From Myxococcales bacterium (GTDB taxonomy: Bacteria > Myxococcota_A > Polyangia > Polyangiales > Houyiibacteriaceae), in NCBI GenBank assembly GCA_029861865.1, contig JAOTYL010000001.1, positions 132,066 to 196,065 on the forward strand: a stretch of 64,000 nt of DNA. Direction: 5' to 3'. A program made the translations under genes and the position numbers. The notes beneath the pieces are model-generated. The model saw only the letters and a list, made by a program, of their open reading frames with translations. It was not told the DNA's origin and ran no database searches. Positions 17,634-27,753 of the stretch are shown here, piece after piece. Positions within the stretch are counted from its first letter, which is position 1. The number at the start of each line of letters is the position of its first letter.

Positions 17634-18559
17634 TGCAACCGGGTCGGCAATATAGCAAGAACTCCAACGAAATGGATTCTATCGGTGAACGATTGGAAGC
17701 GCTGCTCCGTGAATGCAATCCAGCGATACGCCGTCAGCAGGATCCTGTCGACTTCATCCATCAATACGACGAGCCCGTCGACCAAGAGCTCGCCGGTTTG
17801 GTCGCCTCGAGCCTCGCGTTCGGCAACGCCTTGGCCGCAAGGCGTAGTGTCGAACGAGTGCTTTCGGCGCTCGGAGCGAACCCTGCAACGACCATCGTGG
17901 AGGCCGACCGCGACGAGATCTTCGAGAGGCTCCGAGGCTTCGTTCATCGAATTTACCGAGATGAGCACCTCGCAGCGATGTTGTGGCACGCCGCTGCTTT
18001 GATTCGTGTGCACGGAAGTCTGGGGCAGGCGTTTGTCGGTTTCTACGAAGCAGCTGGCTCCGATTTTCGCGAGTCGATGGCTGGTTTCGCCGACGCACTT
18101 CGCGGTGATGCGCAAACCCGCAACCTTAGACACCTGGTGAGCAATCCTCGCGCAGGAAGCGCCTGCAAACGACTCTTGCTCTACGCGCGCTGGATGATAC
18201 GTCCAGCGGACGGCGTGGACTTGGGGCTTTGGCCCATCGCGCCCTCGAAGCTCGTGATCCCAGTCGACACACACATCCACCGGATCAGCCGCAACCTGGG
18301 CCTGACCCGGCGGCTCACCGCCACGTGGGCGACTGCCGAAGAGATCACGGCCGCGCTCAGGCGCTACGATCCCGACGACCCGGTCAAGTACGACTTCGCG
18401 CTGTGCCATCTCGGCGTATCCCGCGAGTGCCCGAGTCGGCCGGACCCAATGAAGTGCGAGCGCTGCGTTCTTCAGAACGTATGCAGCGTATGGACCCGCG
18501 GCCCAGAGATTTCAAAGACCACGACTTCAGCGCAAGAAGCCGGTGAGCTTCGGCTCTAG
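17633..18559 (+). CDS. DUF2400/TIGR02757-like conserved protein
   Basis: DPVDFIHQY...LVASSLAFGN... and a C-terminal Cys cluster (CPSRPDPMKCERCVLQNVC) resemble that family from memory. The likely true start is ATG 17672. Confidence 0.5.
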   Translation: MQPGRQYSKNSNEMDSIGERLEALLRECNPAIRRQQDPVDFIHQYDEPVDQELAGLVASSLAFGNALAARRSVERVLSALGANPATTIVEADRDEIFERLRGFVHRIYRDEHLAAMLWHAAALIRVHGSLGQAFVGFYEAAGSDFRESMAGFADALRGDAQTRNLRHLVSNPRAGSACKRLLLYARWMIRPADGVDLGLWPIAPSKLVIPVDTHIHRISRNLGLTRRLTATWATAEEITAALRRYDPDDPVKYDFALCHLGVSRECPSRPDPMKCERCVLQNVCSVWTRGPEISKTTTSAQEAGELRL

Positions 18560-21127
18560 GGCGTGGAGGTCGGCAACGCTGTCGACGTCGATGCCACGCT
18601 CTAGCGTATCCCCGGTGATCTGGACCAGCTTGTAATCTTGGAGCGCATTGAGCGCGGTTTCGAGCTTGAGCTTGGAAAGGGACTCGCGCCTTTCGATTTC
18701 GCCAGCCAAGTACATCTGCTGGCCGAGAGCAAGAGTGCGTTTGTACCAGTCTTTCTTCGAAATCGGGCCATCAAGCACGATCTCAGCGCCGCGAAGCGCG
18801 AGAAGGTAGCTCTCGAAGAAGGTCTGCAGCATCGTGGCGTATCGCTGCAAACGTAGGCGGCGCATGCCTTCGGTTGCCTGTACTTGACCGTCGCGGATTT
18901 CGACTTCGCCCGCGCCTTCCATCGATTTGAGGGCATCGTCGAAGACCTGATCGAAAGTCGCGTCGGTGCGGAAGATGAACTCGTGTTTGAAGAGTCGGGA
19001 AAGCTGCTGCACTCGGTCATTGAGGCGCGGAATGTCGACCCATTCCTCTCGGTCCACCAAGAGCGCCGAGGCGATCAGCGCGCTTGGGACGAAGAAATGA
19101 ATCGTCGTGTTCTGGTAGTACTCGAGCGCGATGCGCCGTTCGGAGTCGATCGTGTAGATCGGCTCGGGGCCGGTGTCATGAGCAATGATGAGACGAGCAT
19201 CGATGAAGAGACGAAGGGCTTCCTCGATCGTGTCCTTACGAATGCGTCCATCGCCGATTCGGAGTTGGTGAGCAATTCGTGCCCCCATCGTCGCAAGCGT
19301 TGACAGCAGGTCCTCGCAAGTGGCGATCAAGGCAGACATCGTCATACCTCGCTTTCGATGGCTCAAAAGCGCGGTCGCGACGAGCGCGGCTGGGGTGACG
19401 ACCGTGACCTCGTTGATCGAGTACATCACCTTGTGCGCAAGCGCTCGCACTGCCGCCCGCTGCTGGTTAGGGCTCAGATCGTCGATGGTGTGAAGACCGC
19501 TCGCCGACCGCCGACGTGTGCTCTCGAGAAACTCGTCGAAGTCGATGATGTTGCCAAACTGCACGTAGAGGCGACCCCATTTAGAACGAAGTATGCTCGA
19601 GCTCTTGATCAGGTCGCCCACGTTCTCCGATTGCTTCTCGCCGCCCCCGAGCTCATGCACGAAGGACCGCTCTTCGATGATCCGCTCGTATCCGATCGAG
19701 ATGGGAACGAGGCGCACCTTGGTCGCGGGAAGCTTGCTCGCGGAATCGAAGAGCATCGCGAGGAGACCGTACTTAGGCGGCAGCGCTTTGCCCGTGCGCG
19801 AGCGCCCGCCTTCCAGGAAAAACTCGGTAGTGAATCCTTCGGCCAGAAGCTTGCGCAAGTACGCCTCGACGAGCGCCGGGTAGAGCCGGTCGCCCTTGAA
19901 GCTGCGGCGAATGAAGAAGGCCCCGGCGCGCCGCAGCACCGGACCGATCGGCCAGAAGCTCAAATTCTCCCCAGCCGCGATCAGTGGCGCCATGAATGCG
20001 TTGGCATAGAGCCTGTCGCTCAAGACCAAGTAATCGATGTGGCTCTTGTGACTCGGCAGTAGGACGAGAGACGAGTCTCGGGCGGCGTCGCGCAACCGCT
20101 CTAGACCTTCCTTGTCCATCACCACACCGTCGTACATCCGGGCCCACACCCACGTGAACAACCGATGTAAGACGTCGACGACAAAGGGGCTTTGCTTCGC
20201 ACACAAATGGCGCAGGTGCTTGCGAGCGACTCGCTCCGCCTTGGCCCGAGAGATTCCCTTTTGACTCGCGTAGCTCTGGATCTCGGCCCTCACCCGCTGG
20301 CCCCGTAAAAGCTCTTCCTGGATTCGCGCGGTGGTCTTTTTCATCGGGCCCAGGACGACGGCTCGGTCTCTTTCCATGCGGCGGAGGAGGGCGTATCGAA
20401 TCTTGTCCGCTACCTGGCTGTCGGTGAGATCCTCGTTTCGCTCCAAAAAAGCCTTCAAGTCGAACGGCTCGCCAGATCGCAGCTTGGCGTTGCGGTAGTT
20501 GAGCAGGAACTGACAGAAGACCCTGACGCGCCCCGGCCACTGGACCGGCCCGAACAGCAGGTCGAGCAAACTCGGGCTCGCGCTCCCGGGCTGCTTACTC
20601 CAGACGAACGTCTGAGGAACGAGGAGGATCGGCTGCGCCGTCGAGCGCTGCTTGTGAATGAGTGTCCGAATCAGATCAACATCGAGCTTTCGACCGCGTC
20701 TCGCTTGGCGCCCGAGCTGAGGGGGCCGTCGTAAGAATAGGAGGGCGCTGTACCCATCACCCACGGTGCGTTCGAGCGCCTCTTCCTCCGGGATCTGCCG
20801 GCGGAGGCTGAGTCGCCGCTCACCTTTGCCGAACGGCTCGAGGATCCAAAGCCCGAGGTCGTTGACGAACCGAACCAGTGGTAGCCCGAACTTCTTGAGC
20901 AAAAAATCGAGGCACAGGAAGTCGAGAAATGAGAGCGAGCGCATCACATAGACGACCACGCCTTTGCTTGCGGCCTCTCGAACGCCTCGACTCCAGTTCT
21001 CGTCCACGAGAATATGCGCGAAGAACCGACGATAGAGCCAGCGCATGATCGCATTGGGGGCGTACGGCGCAGGCGTTGGTGAGCGCCGCGCCAGCTCCTG
21101 CATGTTGCGCATCGGCTCGTCAGACAC
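18527..21127 (-). CDS. plsB: glycerol-3-phosphate acyltransferase
   Basis: 866 aa. HX4D block PSHKSHIDYLVL, FFIRRSF and EGGRSRTGK. Confidence 0.85.
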   Translation of the reverse strand: MSDEPMRNMQELARRSPTPAPYAPNAIMRWLYRRFFAHILVDENWSRGVREAASKGVVVYVMRSLSFLDFLCLDFLLKKFGLPLVRFVNDLGLWILEPFGKGERRLSLRRQIPEEEALERTVGDGYSALLFLRRPPQLGRQARRGRKLDVDLIRTLIHKQRSTAQPILLVPQTFVWSKQPGSASPSLLDLLFGPVQWPGRVRVFCQFLLNYRNAKLRSGEPFDLKAFLERNEDLTDSQVADKIRYALLRRMERDRAVVLGPMKKTTARIQEELLRGQRVRAEIQSYASQKGISRAKAERVARKHLRHLCAKQSPFVVDVLHRLFTWVWARMYDGVVMDKEGLERLRDAARDSSLVLLPSHKSHIDYLVLSDRLYANAFMAPLIAAGENLSFWPIGPVLRRAGAFFIRRSFKGDRLYPALVEAYLRKLLAEGFTTEFFLEGGRSRTGKALPPKYGLLAMLFDSASKLPATKVRLVPISIGYERIIEERSFVHELGGGEKQSENVGDLIKSSSILRSKWGRLYVQFGNIIDFDEFLESTRRRSASGLHTIDDLSPNQQRAAVRALAHKVMYSINEVTVVTPAALVATALLSHRKRGMTMSALIATCEDLLSTLATMGARIAHQLRIGDGRIRKDTIEEALRLFIDARLIIAHDTGPEPIYTIDSERRIALEYYQNTTIHFFVPSALIASALLVDREEWVDIPRLNDRVQQLSRLFKHEFIFRTDATFDQVFDDALKSMEGAGEVEIRDGQVQATEGMRRLRLQRYATMLQTFFESYLLALRGAEIVLDGPISKKDWYKRTLALGQQMYLAGEIERRESLSKLKLETALNALQDYKLVQITGDTLERGIDVDSVADLHALEPKLTGFLR

Positions 21128-21167
21128 TAGCAGCGGTCCCCATGCGGTCGAGTATACGCCACACGCG

Positions 21168-21740
21168 CTAGAACTGCGCCCTCACGAGGCGACGCTGCCC
21201 AGGGCGAAGGTCGACCGTATAACGGCGTTCCTGACCCCCGTAGCGGACGACTACCTCGTAGTTTCCCGCGCTTAGCTGGGCAGCAACGCCAGCACCAAGC
21301 GTGCCGATCCGCTTCGAGCCCCGGTTGACGGTCACCATTCCAGTTCCCGATCCTCCCTTGGCCTCTATCCGAACCTCGAGCACCCCGGTTTGGAAATCGA
21401 CGCGGACGGGCGTCGACTTCCCAGCGGTCACGGTGACGTCGACCCTCTTTGACGGATTGTCTAACGCGCCGTCTAGCCGCACCGTCGCGGTCCATTTCCC
21501 CGCCGGAACGGAGATGACGGTCCCACACGATCCGCCGGCAGCCTCTCGCCCCTCGCGCTCGACGGCGATCGTGCCACCCGCAGGGGCCCCGTTCGTCGTT
21601 ACCGTGCACCGAATCTCGCCATTCTGCGCCTCCGCCATGACGGGAGCCGACCAAAGGGCGGCCGCAGCGATGATGGGCGCAACCACGCTCGCGGTGAGCG
21701 CGTCGCCGGAGTGCTTGGCGGTTTGGGTAAAGATTCTCAC
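21168..21740 (-). CDS. secreted hypothetical protein (two beta-sandwich-like repeats)
   Basis: Signal-peptide-like N-terminus (VVAPIIAAAALWSAPVMAEA) and a Gly/Thr/Val-rich repeat. No family recognised. Confidence 0.5.
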   Translation of the reverse strand: MRIFTQTAKHSGDALTASVVAPIIAAAALWSAPVMAEAQNGEIRCTVTTNGAPAGGTIAVEREGREAAGGSCGTVISVPAGKWTATVRLDGALDNPSKRVDVTVTAGKSTPVRVDFQTGVLEVRIEAKGGSGTGMVTVNRGSKRIGTLGAGVAAQLSAGNYEVVVRYGGQERRYTVDLRPGQRRLVRAQF

Positions 21741-21772
21741 CTCTTACCCTTTTTAGCCCAAAATACGCCAGC

Positions 21773-21801
21773 TTGACACCGCCGGGCTCCACGGCTACGA
21801 A
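21773..21801 (+). promoter_or_regulatory. candidate sigma-70-type promoter for rplM-rpsI
   Basis: TTGACA (21773-21778), 17 nt, then TACGAA. Pattern match only. Confidence 0.25.
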
Positions 21802-21834
21802 ACGCGCCCTGAAACGAGGGATTCGGAGCAAGTC

Positions 21835-22263
21835 ATGCCTACTGTGAGTGCGAAAGCGTCAGAGATTGAACGCAAGTGGTACGTCGTTGACGCGGCGGGC
21901 CAACCGCTTGGGCGCCTTGCGTCCAAAGTGGCGCACGTGCTGCGTGGCAAGCACCGACCGCAATACACCCCGCACGTCGATACCGGTGATTTCGTGATCG
22001 TCACCAATGCGGCTCAGGTGCACCTCTCGGGGAACAAGCGCACGAACAAGCAGTACCATCGGCATTCGGGCTATCCGGGCGGGCTCAAGTCCGAAACCTA
22101 CGGCCACCTCCTCGAGCGAAAGCCCGAGTTCGTGGTCGAGCGCGCCATCAAGGGTATGCTGCCCAAGACCAGCCTCGGCAGACAGATGTTTCGCAAGCTG
22201 AAAGTTTACCCGGAAGGGGTCCACCCCCACGTGGCGCAGAAGCCTGAGCCCCTTTCGCTTTGA
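21835..22263 (+). CDS. rplM: 50S ribosomal protein L13
   Basis: [43 protein letters not shown]. Confidence 0.95.
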   Translation: MPTVSAKASEIERKWYVVDAAGQPLGRLASKVAHVLRGKHRPQYTPHVDTGDFVIVTNAAQVHLSGNKRTNKQYHRHSGYPGGLKSETYGHLLERKPEFVVERAIKGMLPKTSLGRQMFRKLKVYPEGVHPHVAQKPEPLSL

Positions 22264-22281
22264 TTTCGAGAGATATTTTGC

Positions 22282-22689
22282 ATGACACATTCTAAGGTCA
22301 TCGACGGACGGCACTACGGCACGGGTAAGCGCAAGAACGCCATTGCACGTGTGTTCCTCAGCCCTGGTGCAGGCACCGTGACGGTGAACGGGCGCAGCTT
22401 TGAGAACTACTTTCCGCGCGAGATTCTTCGCATCATCGCGATGCAGCCGTTTGCGACACTCGCGAAGCAAGGGCAGTACGACGTCGAGGTCAACGTGATT
22501 GGCGGCGGGGTCTCCTCGCAGGCCGAAGCGGTTCGTCACGGCATCGCACGGGCGCTCGTCGGTATGGATGTGAGCCACAAGCCTGCGCTCAAGCGTGCTG
22601 GCTATCTCACCCGTGACGCCCGCAAAAAAGAGCGCAAAAAGCCAGGGCAGCCCGGCGCACGCAAGAAGTTCCAGTACTCCAAGCGCTGA
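22282..22689 (+). CDS. rpsI: 30S ribosomal protein S9
   Basis: GTGKRKNAIARV... and C-terminal ARKKFQYSKR. Confidence 0.95.
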   Translation: MTHSKVIDGRHYGTGKRKNAIARVFLSPGAGTVTVNGRSFENYFPREILRIIAMQPFATLAKQGQYDVEVNVIGGGVSSQAEAVRHGIARALVGMDVSHKPALKRAGYLTRDARKKERKKPGQPGARKKFQYSKR

Positions 22690-22700
22690 GACCTTCGTTT

Positions 22701-22741
22701 TGCGACTCGAGCCGCGGCGCCGTGTGTGTCGCGGTTTTTTT
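22701..22741 (+). terminator. rho-independent terminator after rpsI
   Basis: GC-rich inverted repeat (GCGAC...CCGCGG...GTCGC) followed by T7 at 22735-22741. Confidence 0.6.
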
Positions 22742-22802
22742 GCTTAAGCTTGAGCCTCGTGACGTAAACAATGAACTGACCTCCTGATGAGGAGTCGACA
22801 CA

Positions 22803-23855
22803 ATGACCTCGAAGACAATACGCGCGATCGTGGTGGGCGGGACCGGTTACACGGGGGCTGAGCTCGTGCGTCTCGCGCTCGGCCATCCGTCGATCGAGCT
22901 TGTGGCAATCGTCGGCAACACCACGGCAGAGCGTCCCGTCGCGGACGTTCTTCCAAGCCTGCGCGGCGTCTTCGACGGAAAGGTCGAGCCGTTCGATCCC
23001 GATTCGATCACAGCGCGCGCCGATGTCGCGTTTTGCGCACTGCCGCATGCGGCGAGCGCGGAGGCCGTGAGCGCGTTGCGTGAGCGCGGCCTCAAGGTGT
23101 TCGATCTGTCCGCAGATTTTCGTTTTCACGACCGCGCCGTGTACGAAAGGTTGTACGGCACGCATCCTGTTCCCGCGTTGCTGTCGGACGCGGTCTACGG
23201 GCTCGTCGAGCTTCATCGCGAAGAGCTCAAAACCGCCGATCTCGTTGCCGTGCCCGGGTGTTATCCCACGGCGTCGACGCTCGCGCTTGCTCCGCTGGTA
23301 AGAGAGGGTCTCATTGGTACCGAGGGGATCGTGGTCGATGCCAAGTCTGGTGTTTCCGGCGCTGGGCGAGGTTTGTCGGAGACGACGCACTATCCCGAGA
23401 CCGCAGAGGGCGTTCGTGCGTACAAGGCAGGGGTGCATCGGCATGGTCCGGAAATCGAGCAAGAGCTGAGTCGCCTTGCGGAAAGCCCGATTCGCATCAC
23501 CTTCGTCCCGCACCTCGTCCCGATGAATCGAGGCATTCTCTCGACATGCTATGCCGAGCCTGCGAGCCCTGGAACGACTGCGGCGACCTGCACCGAGGCT
23601 GCGCGCGAGCTCTACGCGGGCTCGCCTTCGGTGTTGGTGCTCGATCCGGGGGATCATCCCGACACCTTGTGGGTTCGAGGCTCGAACCGCACACACGTGG
23701 CCTATACCCAGGACCTTGGCACCGGAAGGATCATCGCGATGAGCGCGATCGACAACCTGGTCAAAGGTGCCGCCGGCCAAGCGCTCCAGTGCCTGAACGT
23801 GCGCTTCGGGCTGCAAGAGGGTGAAGGGTTGACCGCGACGGCAGGGTGGCCGTGA
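22803..23855 (+). CDS. argC: N-acetyl-gamma-glutamyl-phosphate reductase
   Basis: GGTGYTGAELVRLL-type NAD motif and active-site PGCYPTA. Confidence 0.9.
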   Translation: MTSKTIRAIVVGGTGYTGAELVRLALGHPSIELVAIVGNTTAERPVADVLPSLRGVFDGKVEPFDPDSITARADVAFCALPHAASAEAVSALRERGLKVFDLSADFRFHDRAVYERLYGTHPVPALLSDAVYGLVELHREELKTADLVAVPGCYPTASTLALAPLVREGLIGTEGIVVDAKSGVSGAGRGLSETTHYPETAEGVRAYKAGVHRHGPEIEQELSRLAESPIRITFVPHLVPMNRGILSTCYAEPASPGTTAATCTEAARELYAGSPSVLVLDPGDHPDTLWVRGSNRTHVAYTQDLGTGRIIAMSAIDNLVKGAAGQALQCLNVRFGLQEGEGLTATAGWP

Positions 23856-24751
23856 CGCGCGTCTTACACATCAGTGACCTTCATCTCGAAGACGGTTTTT
23901 CGGGCGTTCCTTTGAAGAGCTTCATCAACAAACGACTGGTCGGTCTCGCCAATCTAGGTCTACGACGGCGCCCGCTTTTTGCTCGAGCCGCGGAAAAAGT
24001 CGATGCGCTTGCAGACTTCGCAAAAGAGCAGAGCGTCGACCTCGTCGTGTGCACGGGCGACTACACGGCGCTCGGGACCGACCCGGAGATCGCGTACGCG
24101 AGGCGCATCGTCGAGCCGCTCACTCATGCCCCGCAAGGTTTCTTTACGGTTCCTGGCAATCACGACCTCTATCTCGAGGATACGGTGCGCGCGGGCTGGT
24201 TCGAGAACCATTTTGGAGAATTCCTGCGGACTGATCTGCCCGAGTACGCCGTCGAAGGACCTTGGCCGCAGGTTTGGCTTTCGGTCGACGGGCTGGCCCT
24301 CATCGGGCTCAACAGCGCAGTGCCAAACCCGAGCCCTACCATCTCGAGCGGACGCATTCCCGACACGCAATTGAATGCGTTGGCTCTCATTCTCGACGAC
24401 CAGCGCGTTCGCGATCGGTTCATCATGATCGCCACCCACTACGCGCCTCGCCTTGCGAGCGGCCAACCCGACAGACCTTATCACGGGCTCGAAAATGCCG
24501 ATGCGCTTCTCGATATCAGCTGCGCCGCGGAGCGAGGGGTGATCGTGCACGGGCATATCCACTGGCGCTACCAGGTCGAGGTTCCGGAATCGCGGTTGCC
24601 CCTATACTGCTCGGGCAGCACGACGCACGAGGGTCGCGAAGGGCTCTGGATGTTCGACATCGAAGAGCACCGCGTGGTGGCCACTCCGGGCCGCTGGGAT
24701 CAATCGCGCTACATTCTCGAACGGGACCACGCCCTCGATATCGTCGCGTAA
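23846..24751 (+). CDS. metallophosphoesterase
   Basis: ISDLHLE, GDYT, GNHD and GHIH motifs in the canonical order. Confidence 0.8.
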   Translation: MAVTRVLHISDLHLEDGFSGVPLKSFINKRLVGLANLGLRRRPLFARAAEKVDALADFAKEQSVDLVVCTGDYTALGTDPEIAYARRIVEPLTHAPQGFFTVPGNHDLYLEDTVRAGWFENHFGEFLRTDLPEYAVEGPWPQVWLSVDGLALIGLNSAVPNPSPTISSGRIPDTQLNALALILDDQRVRDRFIMIATHYAPRLASGQPDRPYHGLENADALLDISCAAERGVIVHGHIHWRYQVEVPESRLPLYCSGSTTHEGREGLWMFDIEEHRVVATPGRWDQSRYILERDHALDIVA

Positions 24752-24788
24752 CTTGCCGGCCTAAGGTCGGCTCGCTTACAAGCGAGGC

Positions 24789-25409
24789 ATGGCACTGCGC
24801 CAGTTCGGGGCCAAGCGCGAGGCGCGGAGGGCCGTTCGACGCCTGGTCGATCTGCAGTGCGGGGTTTTCTCTGATGTCTGGGGCGAGGCGATCCTGCACA
24901 GGGTTACCGATGTGAGCGAAGACGGCCTCTGGATCGAGACGGACTTGCTGCTCGAGGTGGGGAGCGAGGTCACGCTGTCTTTCTATCCACCGGACTGGGA
25001 GGAGCCACTCTACGTGGCGGGGCAGGTGCAGCGAGTGGAGCTAGAACGGGGCCTCGAGCAAACGAGCACCGTCGGAATGGGGATCTCGTTCGAAACACTC
25101 CGAACCGACGAACGCCGCCAGCTCACGCGTAGCATGCGGTGCTTGAGACCGGATGCTTCGTACATTCTCGATCAGCGAACGCTCGTTGGAGTTCCTGTCG
25201 GGCCCGGCGAGCCTCTCGAACCTCTCGAGCCGGCTCCTGAGCCGTCGAGAACAGTCGTGGGTTGGTGCGCGCCTGCGCCACCGATCCCGAGCAAGCCGGT
25301 GCAAGAGCCGCCAGAGGGTCAGAGGCCGAAGCCCGACCTGGGCTCTACCGCGTTCCAGGGCGGCCTCGATCTCGCGACGTCACTGTTTTCAGGCTCGGGC
25401 CCCGACTAG
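24789..25409 (+). CDS. PilZ-domain protein
   Basis: N-terminal RREARRAVR...DVSEDGLWIET...GMGISFE pattern (RxxxR ... D/NxSxxG-like), with a Pro-rich tail. Confidence 0.6.
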   Translation: MALRQFGAKREARRAVRRLVDLQCGVFSDVWGEAILHRVTDVSEDGLWIETDLLLEVGSEVTLSFYPPDWEEPLYVAGQVQRVELERGLEQTSTVGMGISFETLRTDERRQLTRSMRCLRPDASYILDQRTLVGVPVGPGEPLEPLEPAPEPSRTVVGWCAPAPPIPSKPVQEPPEGQRPKPDLGSTAFQGGLDLATSLFSGSGPD

Positions 25410-27727
25410 CGGACGTGAAGGACGCCGGCGCGAGCGCGGTTGGCGCCGTCGTTTGATCCGGACACGACCTCGAGACGCTGCTCTCCCTTGAACAAACCGA
25501 CATAGATGACGTAGTCGCCGGACGGGTAGTTCGCGGGAACCGTGAGCTCTTGCGGATCCACGATCACGTCTCCTTCTTCCCAATACTTGATCGGATACTC
25601 CCCTTTGACCGGGACGTGGTCCCCATTGATCCGCTGTCCGTACCCGTCGATGTGCACGAAAACCCGATAACCCTTGGGTGGGGCACCGGTGACTTTCCAA
25701 AACCACGTCAGCGAGAACCGCTGCCCGGCGCCCACGTAGTCACCTCCGGGCAAGTCTAGGTCGTAGCCGAGGAGCTGAACCCGATCCGCGAAGCTCACAT
25801 CGAGAGTGTGCTCAATGTCGGGGGCTTGGGTGAGCACGTGGTCGGCAACGAAGTTTTCGTTAGGTCGGTTATCGATAGGCTCCGCCGCCACCAACAGAAG
25901 GCGTGCACTCCGCCGATCCGCAACATAGAGGTGGCGTCCCGTTCGACGACGGTACTCTCGATTGACCGCGGCCAACTCCTCGGACGGAATCACTACCCAG
26001 CGCTGCCCCCGCTCATGGAGGTAGTCGATGAATCTCGACTGTGCCTCGATCTCCTCGGTAGGGGCATGCGTGTAGTACTGCGCCGCGGCCGGCGATGACC
26101 GGTACAAGGCGAGCGGCTCGCCACTGTCTCCGGCGAGCTCTTCGTAGGCGTCGTACACTGCTTTCGGCGAAAAGTGTTGGCTCAGCGCGGGCTGAAGCGA
26201 TGTGGTCACATAGATCGCGACCACGAGCCCGGTCAAAAGCAAGGGCAACCCCCGGGCGCTTCCGAGTCGGGTGTAGGCGTAGCGTAACCACGGCGCACCG
26301 AGCACGATGGCGACGAGCACGATCGGCAGGAAGAACAAGACACGGCCGACGCGCAGCACGACCGAGGCGAGTCGCAGGTCCGCCACGAGACACAGGAAGC
26401 CGAAGACCAGGCAAGCGATGAGCAGCAGTGCAGCGAGGGCCAGCCAACCGCGTTCCACCGGTCCGCGCTCCCATTGAGATCGAACCCACGCTTCGACACG
26501 GCGTGCGTCTGGTTTCTCGGTCGTCGTGGGGCTCGCGAGCAACAGCAAGAACGTCAAGGCGGCGAGCCCAAACACGACCGTCCAGGGACCGGCAGTCTGT
26601 ACGATCGTAGGCACATCGAGACCTTCCGCCGACAGACCGCGAAGCGCACTCTCCGGATAGAGTGCATAGTCACGCACCAACAACGCCATCAATAGCATCA
26701 CGACTACCGCGGAGGGCCACCGGGCTGCGGGCTCGTCGATGACTTCGAGCAACCAGAGTGCCGTCATACCCGCAAGCGGCACGACTGCGAGATAAGCAGG
26801 AATGCCGTAGCGCGACGCGAAAATCGTCCATGCGACGTACGCAAACGCGGCCCACAACAGGAACATCGACCCGAGGTCTTGCACACTGGTTTTTCGTTTG
26901 GCTTGCGGCGCCAGCATCCATAGAGCAGCCACCGGGAGCGCCGCGCTCCAGGGCGCAAAGCCATGGAAGACGAGCTCGAGCGCCTTGTCGTAGGTCGGAG
27001 GATTTCCGCCGACTGCGCCGCCTCCAATCCAGAAGCTGAAATCTGTGGCGTCGCGAATCACAGCGCGGATGACGCCGGCAACCAGAACTGCGCTAGCTGT
27101 GATCACGACCGAGCGCCCTAACGGATCGCCGCGCCTGCCATCGGTGTCCCGGGCGAGCAGACTCCAGGTCGCAACCGCAAGAAGCGGGGGCAAGGGGCCG
27201 AGCAGGACGCCATTTGCGAGCGTGCTGAGGACGACACCTCCGCTGAGCCCCGCGTATGACGCTAAACGTCCCCGATCGCCGATGGAGCTCGTGCAGACGC
27301 CAAACGCTGCGAGTCCCACCCAGGTTTGGGCAGCGAAGCCGAGGCCTTCGCCCATCATCAAACGGGCGTTCAGGAGGAATAGCGGAGAAGTCCCGAGAAT
27401 GACGACCGTGATGACCGCCGCGCGACGACCGGCGTACCGACGTACCAACCAGAACGCGAGAAGGCAGGTCAAGAGCCCGCCAATGACACTGGGAAGTCGC
27501 CCGACCCATGCGTAGATCCCCAACGTTTCGAAGCCCACGCTGATCAACCATCGATGCAGGAGCAAGCCGTCGGCGGTCTTGGTAGCGGTCTTTCCAAACG
27601 TACGCGCAGCTTCGGCCGTCTCGAGCTCCCAGGGGTTCCAGATCCCAAACGACCAAATCCCCCAAACGAGCAGCAACGGGATGAGCGTGGCCACCAACCG
27701 TTCGAATGCAACGGACCGGTTCAACAC
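25406..27727 (-). CDS. GT39/ArnT-like polytopic membrane glycosyltransferase with C-terminal soluble domain
   Basis: 773 aa with more than 10 predicted TM helices. Acidic first-loop motif (WELETAEAARTF) and general PMT_2/ArnT-like architecture. Family assignment is from recall only. Confidence 0.55.
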   Translation of the reverse strand: MLNRSVAFERLVATLIPLLLVWGIWSFGIWNPWELETAEAARTFGKTATKTADGLLLHRWLISVGFETLGIYAWVGRLPSVIGGLLTCLLAFWLVRRYAGRRAAVITVVILGTSPLFLLNARLMMGEGLGFAAQTWVGLAAFGVCTSSIGDRGRLASYAGLSGGVVLSTLANGVLLGPLPPLLAVATWSLLARDTDGRRGDPLGRSVVITASAVLVAGVIRAVIRDATDFSFWIGGGAVGGNPPTYDKALELVFHGFAPWSAALPVAALWMLAPQAKRKTSVQDLGSMFLLWAAFAYVAWTIFASRYGIPAYLAVVPLAGMTALWLLEVIDEPAARWPSAVVVMLLMALLVRDYALYPESALRGLSAEGLDVPTIVQTAGPWTVVFGLAALTFLLLLASPTTTEKPDARRVEAWVRSQWERGPVERGWLALAALLLIACLVFGFLCLVADLRLASVVLRVGRVLFFLPIVLVAIVLGAPWLRYAYTRLGSARGLPLLLTGLVVAIYVTTSLQPALSQHFSPKAVYDAYEELAGDSGEPLALYRSSPAAAQYYTHAPTEEIEAQSRFIDYLHERGQRWVVIPSEELAAVNREYRRRTGRHLYVADRRSARLLLVAAEPIDNRPNENFVADHVLTQAPDIEHTLDVSFADRVQLLGYDLDLPGGDYVGAGQRFSLTWFWKVTGAPPKGYRVFVHIDGYGQRINGDHVPVKGEYPIKYWEEGDVIVDPQELTVPANYPSGDYVIYVGLFKGEQRLEVVSGSNDGANRARAGVLHVR

Positions 27728-27753
27728 CGCGCAGCCTAACCCTGGCCCACGGA

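Noticed and set aside
22602-23816. 404-aa minus-strand ORF antisense to argC. Similar long antisense ORFs occur at 10792-11595, 19358-20062, 27706-28911, 40222-41466, 43561-44808, 55288-56226 and 61132-62400.
   Set aside because: Each lies opposite a gene with strong family motifs. Their translations are Arg/Ala/Pro/Gly-rich low-complexity sequence of the kind produced by stop-poor alternative frames in GC-rich DNA, and no motif was recognised.
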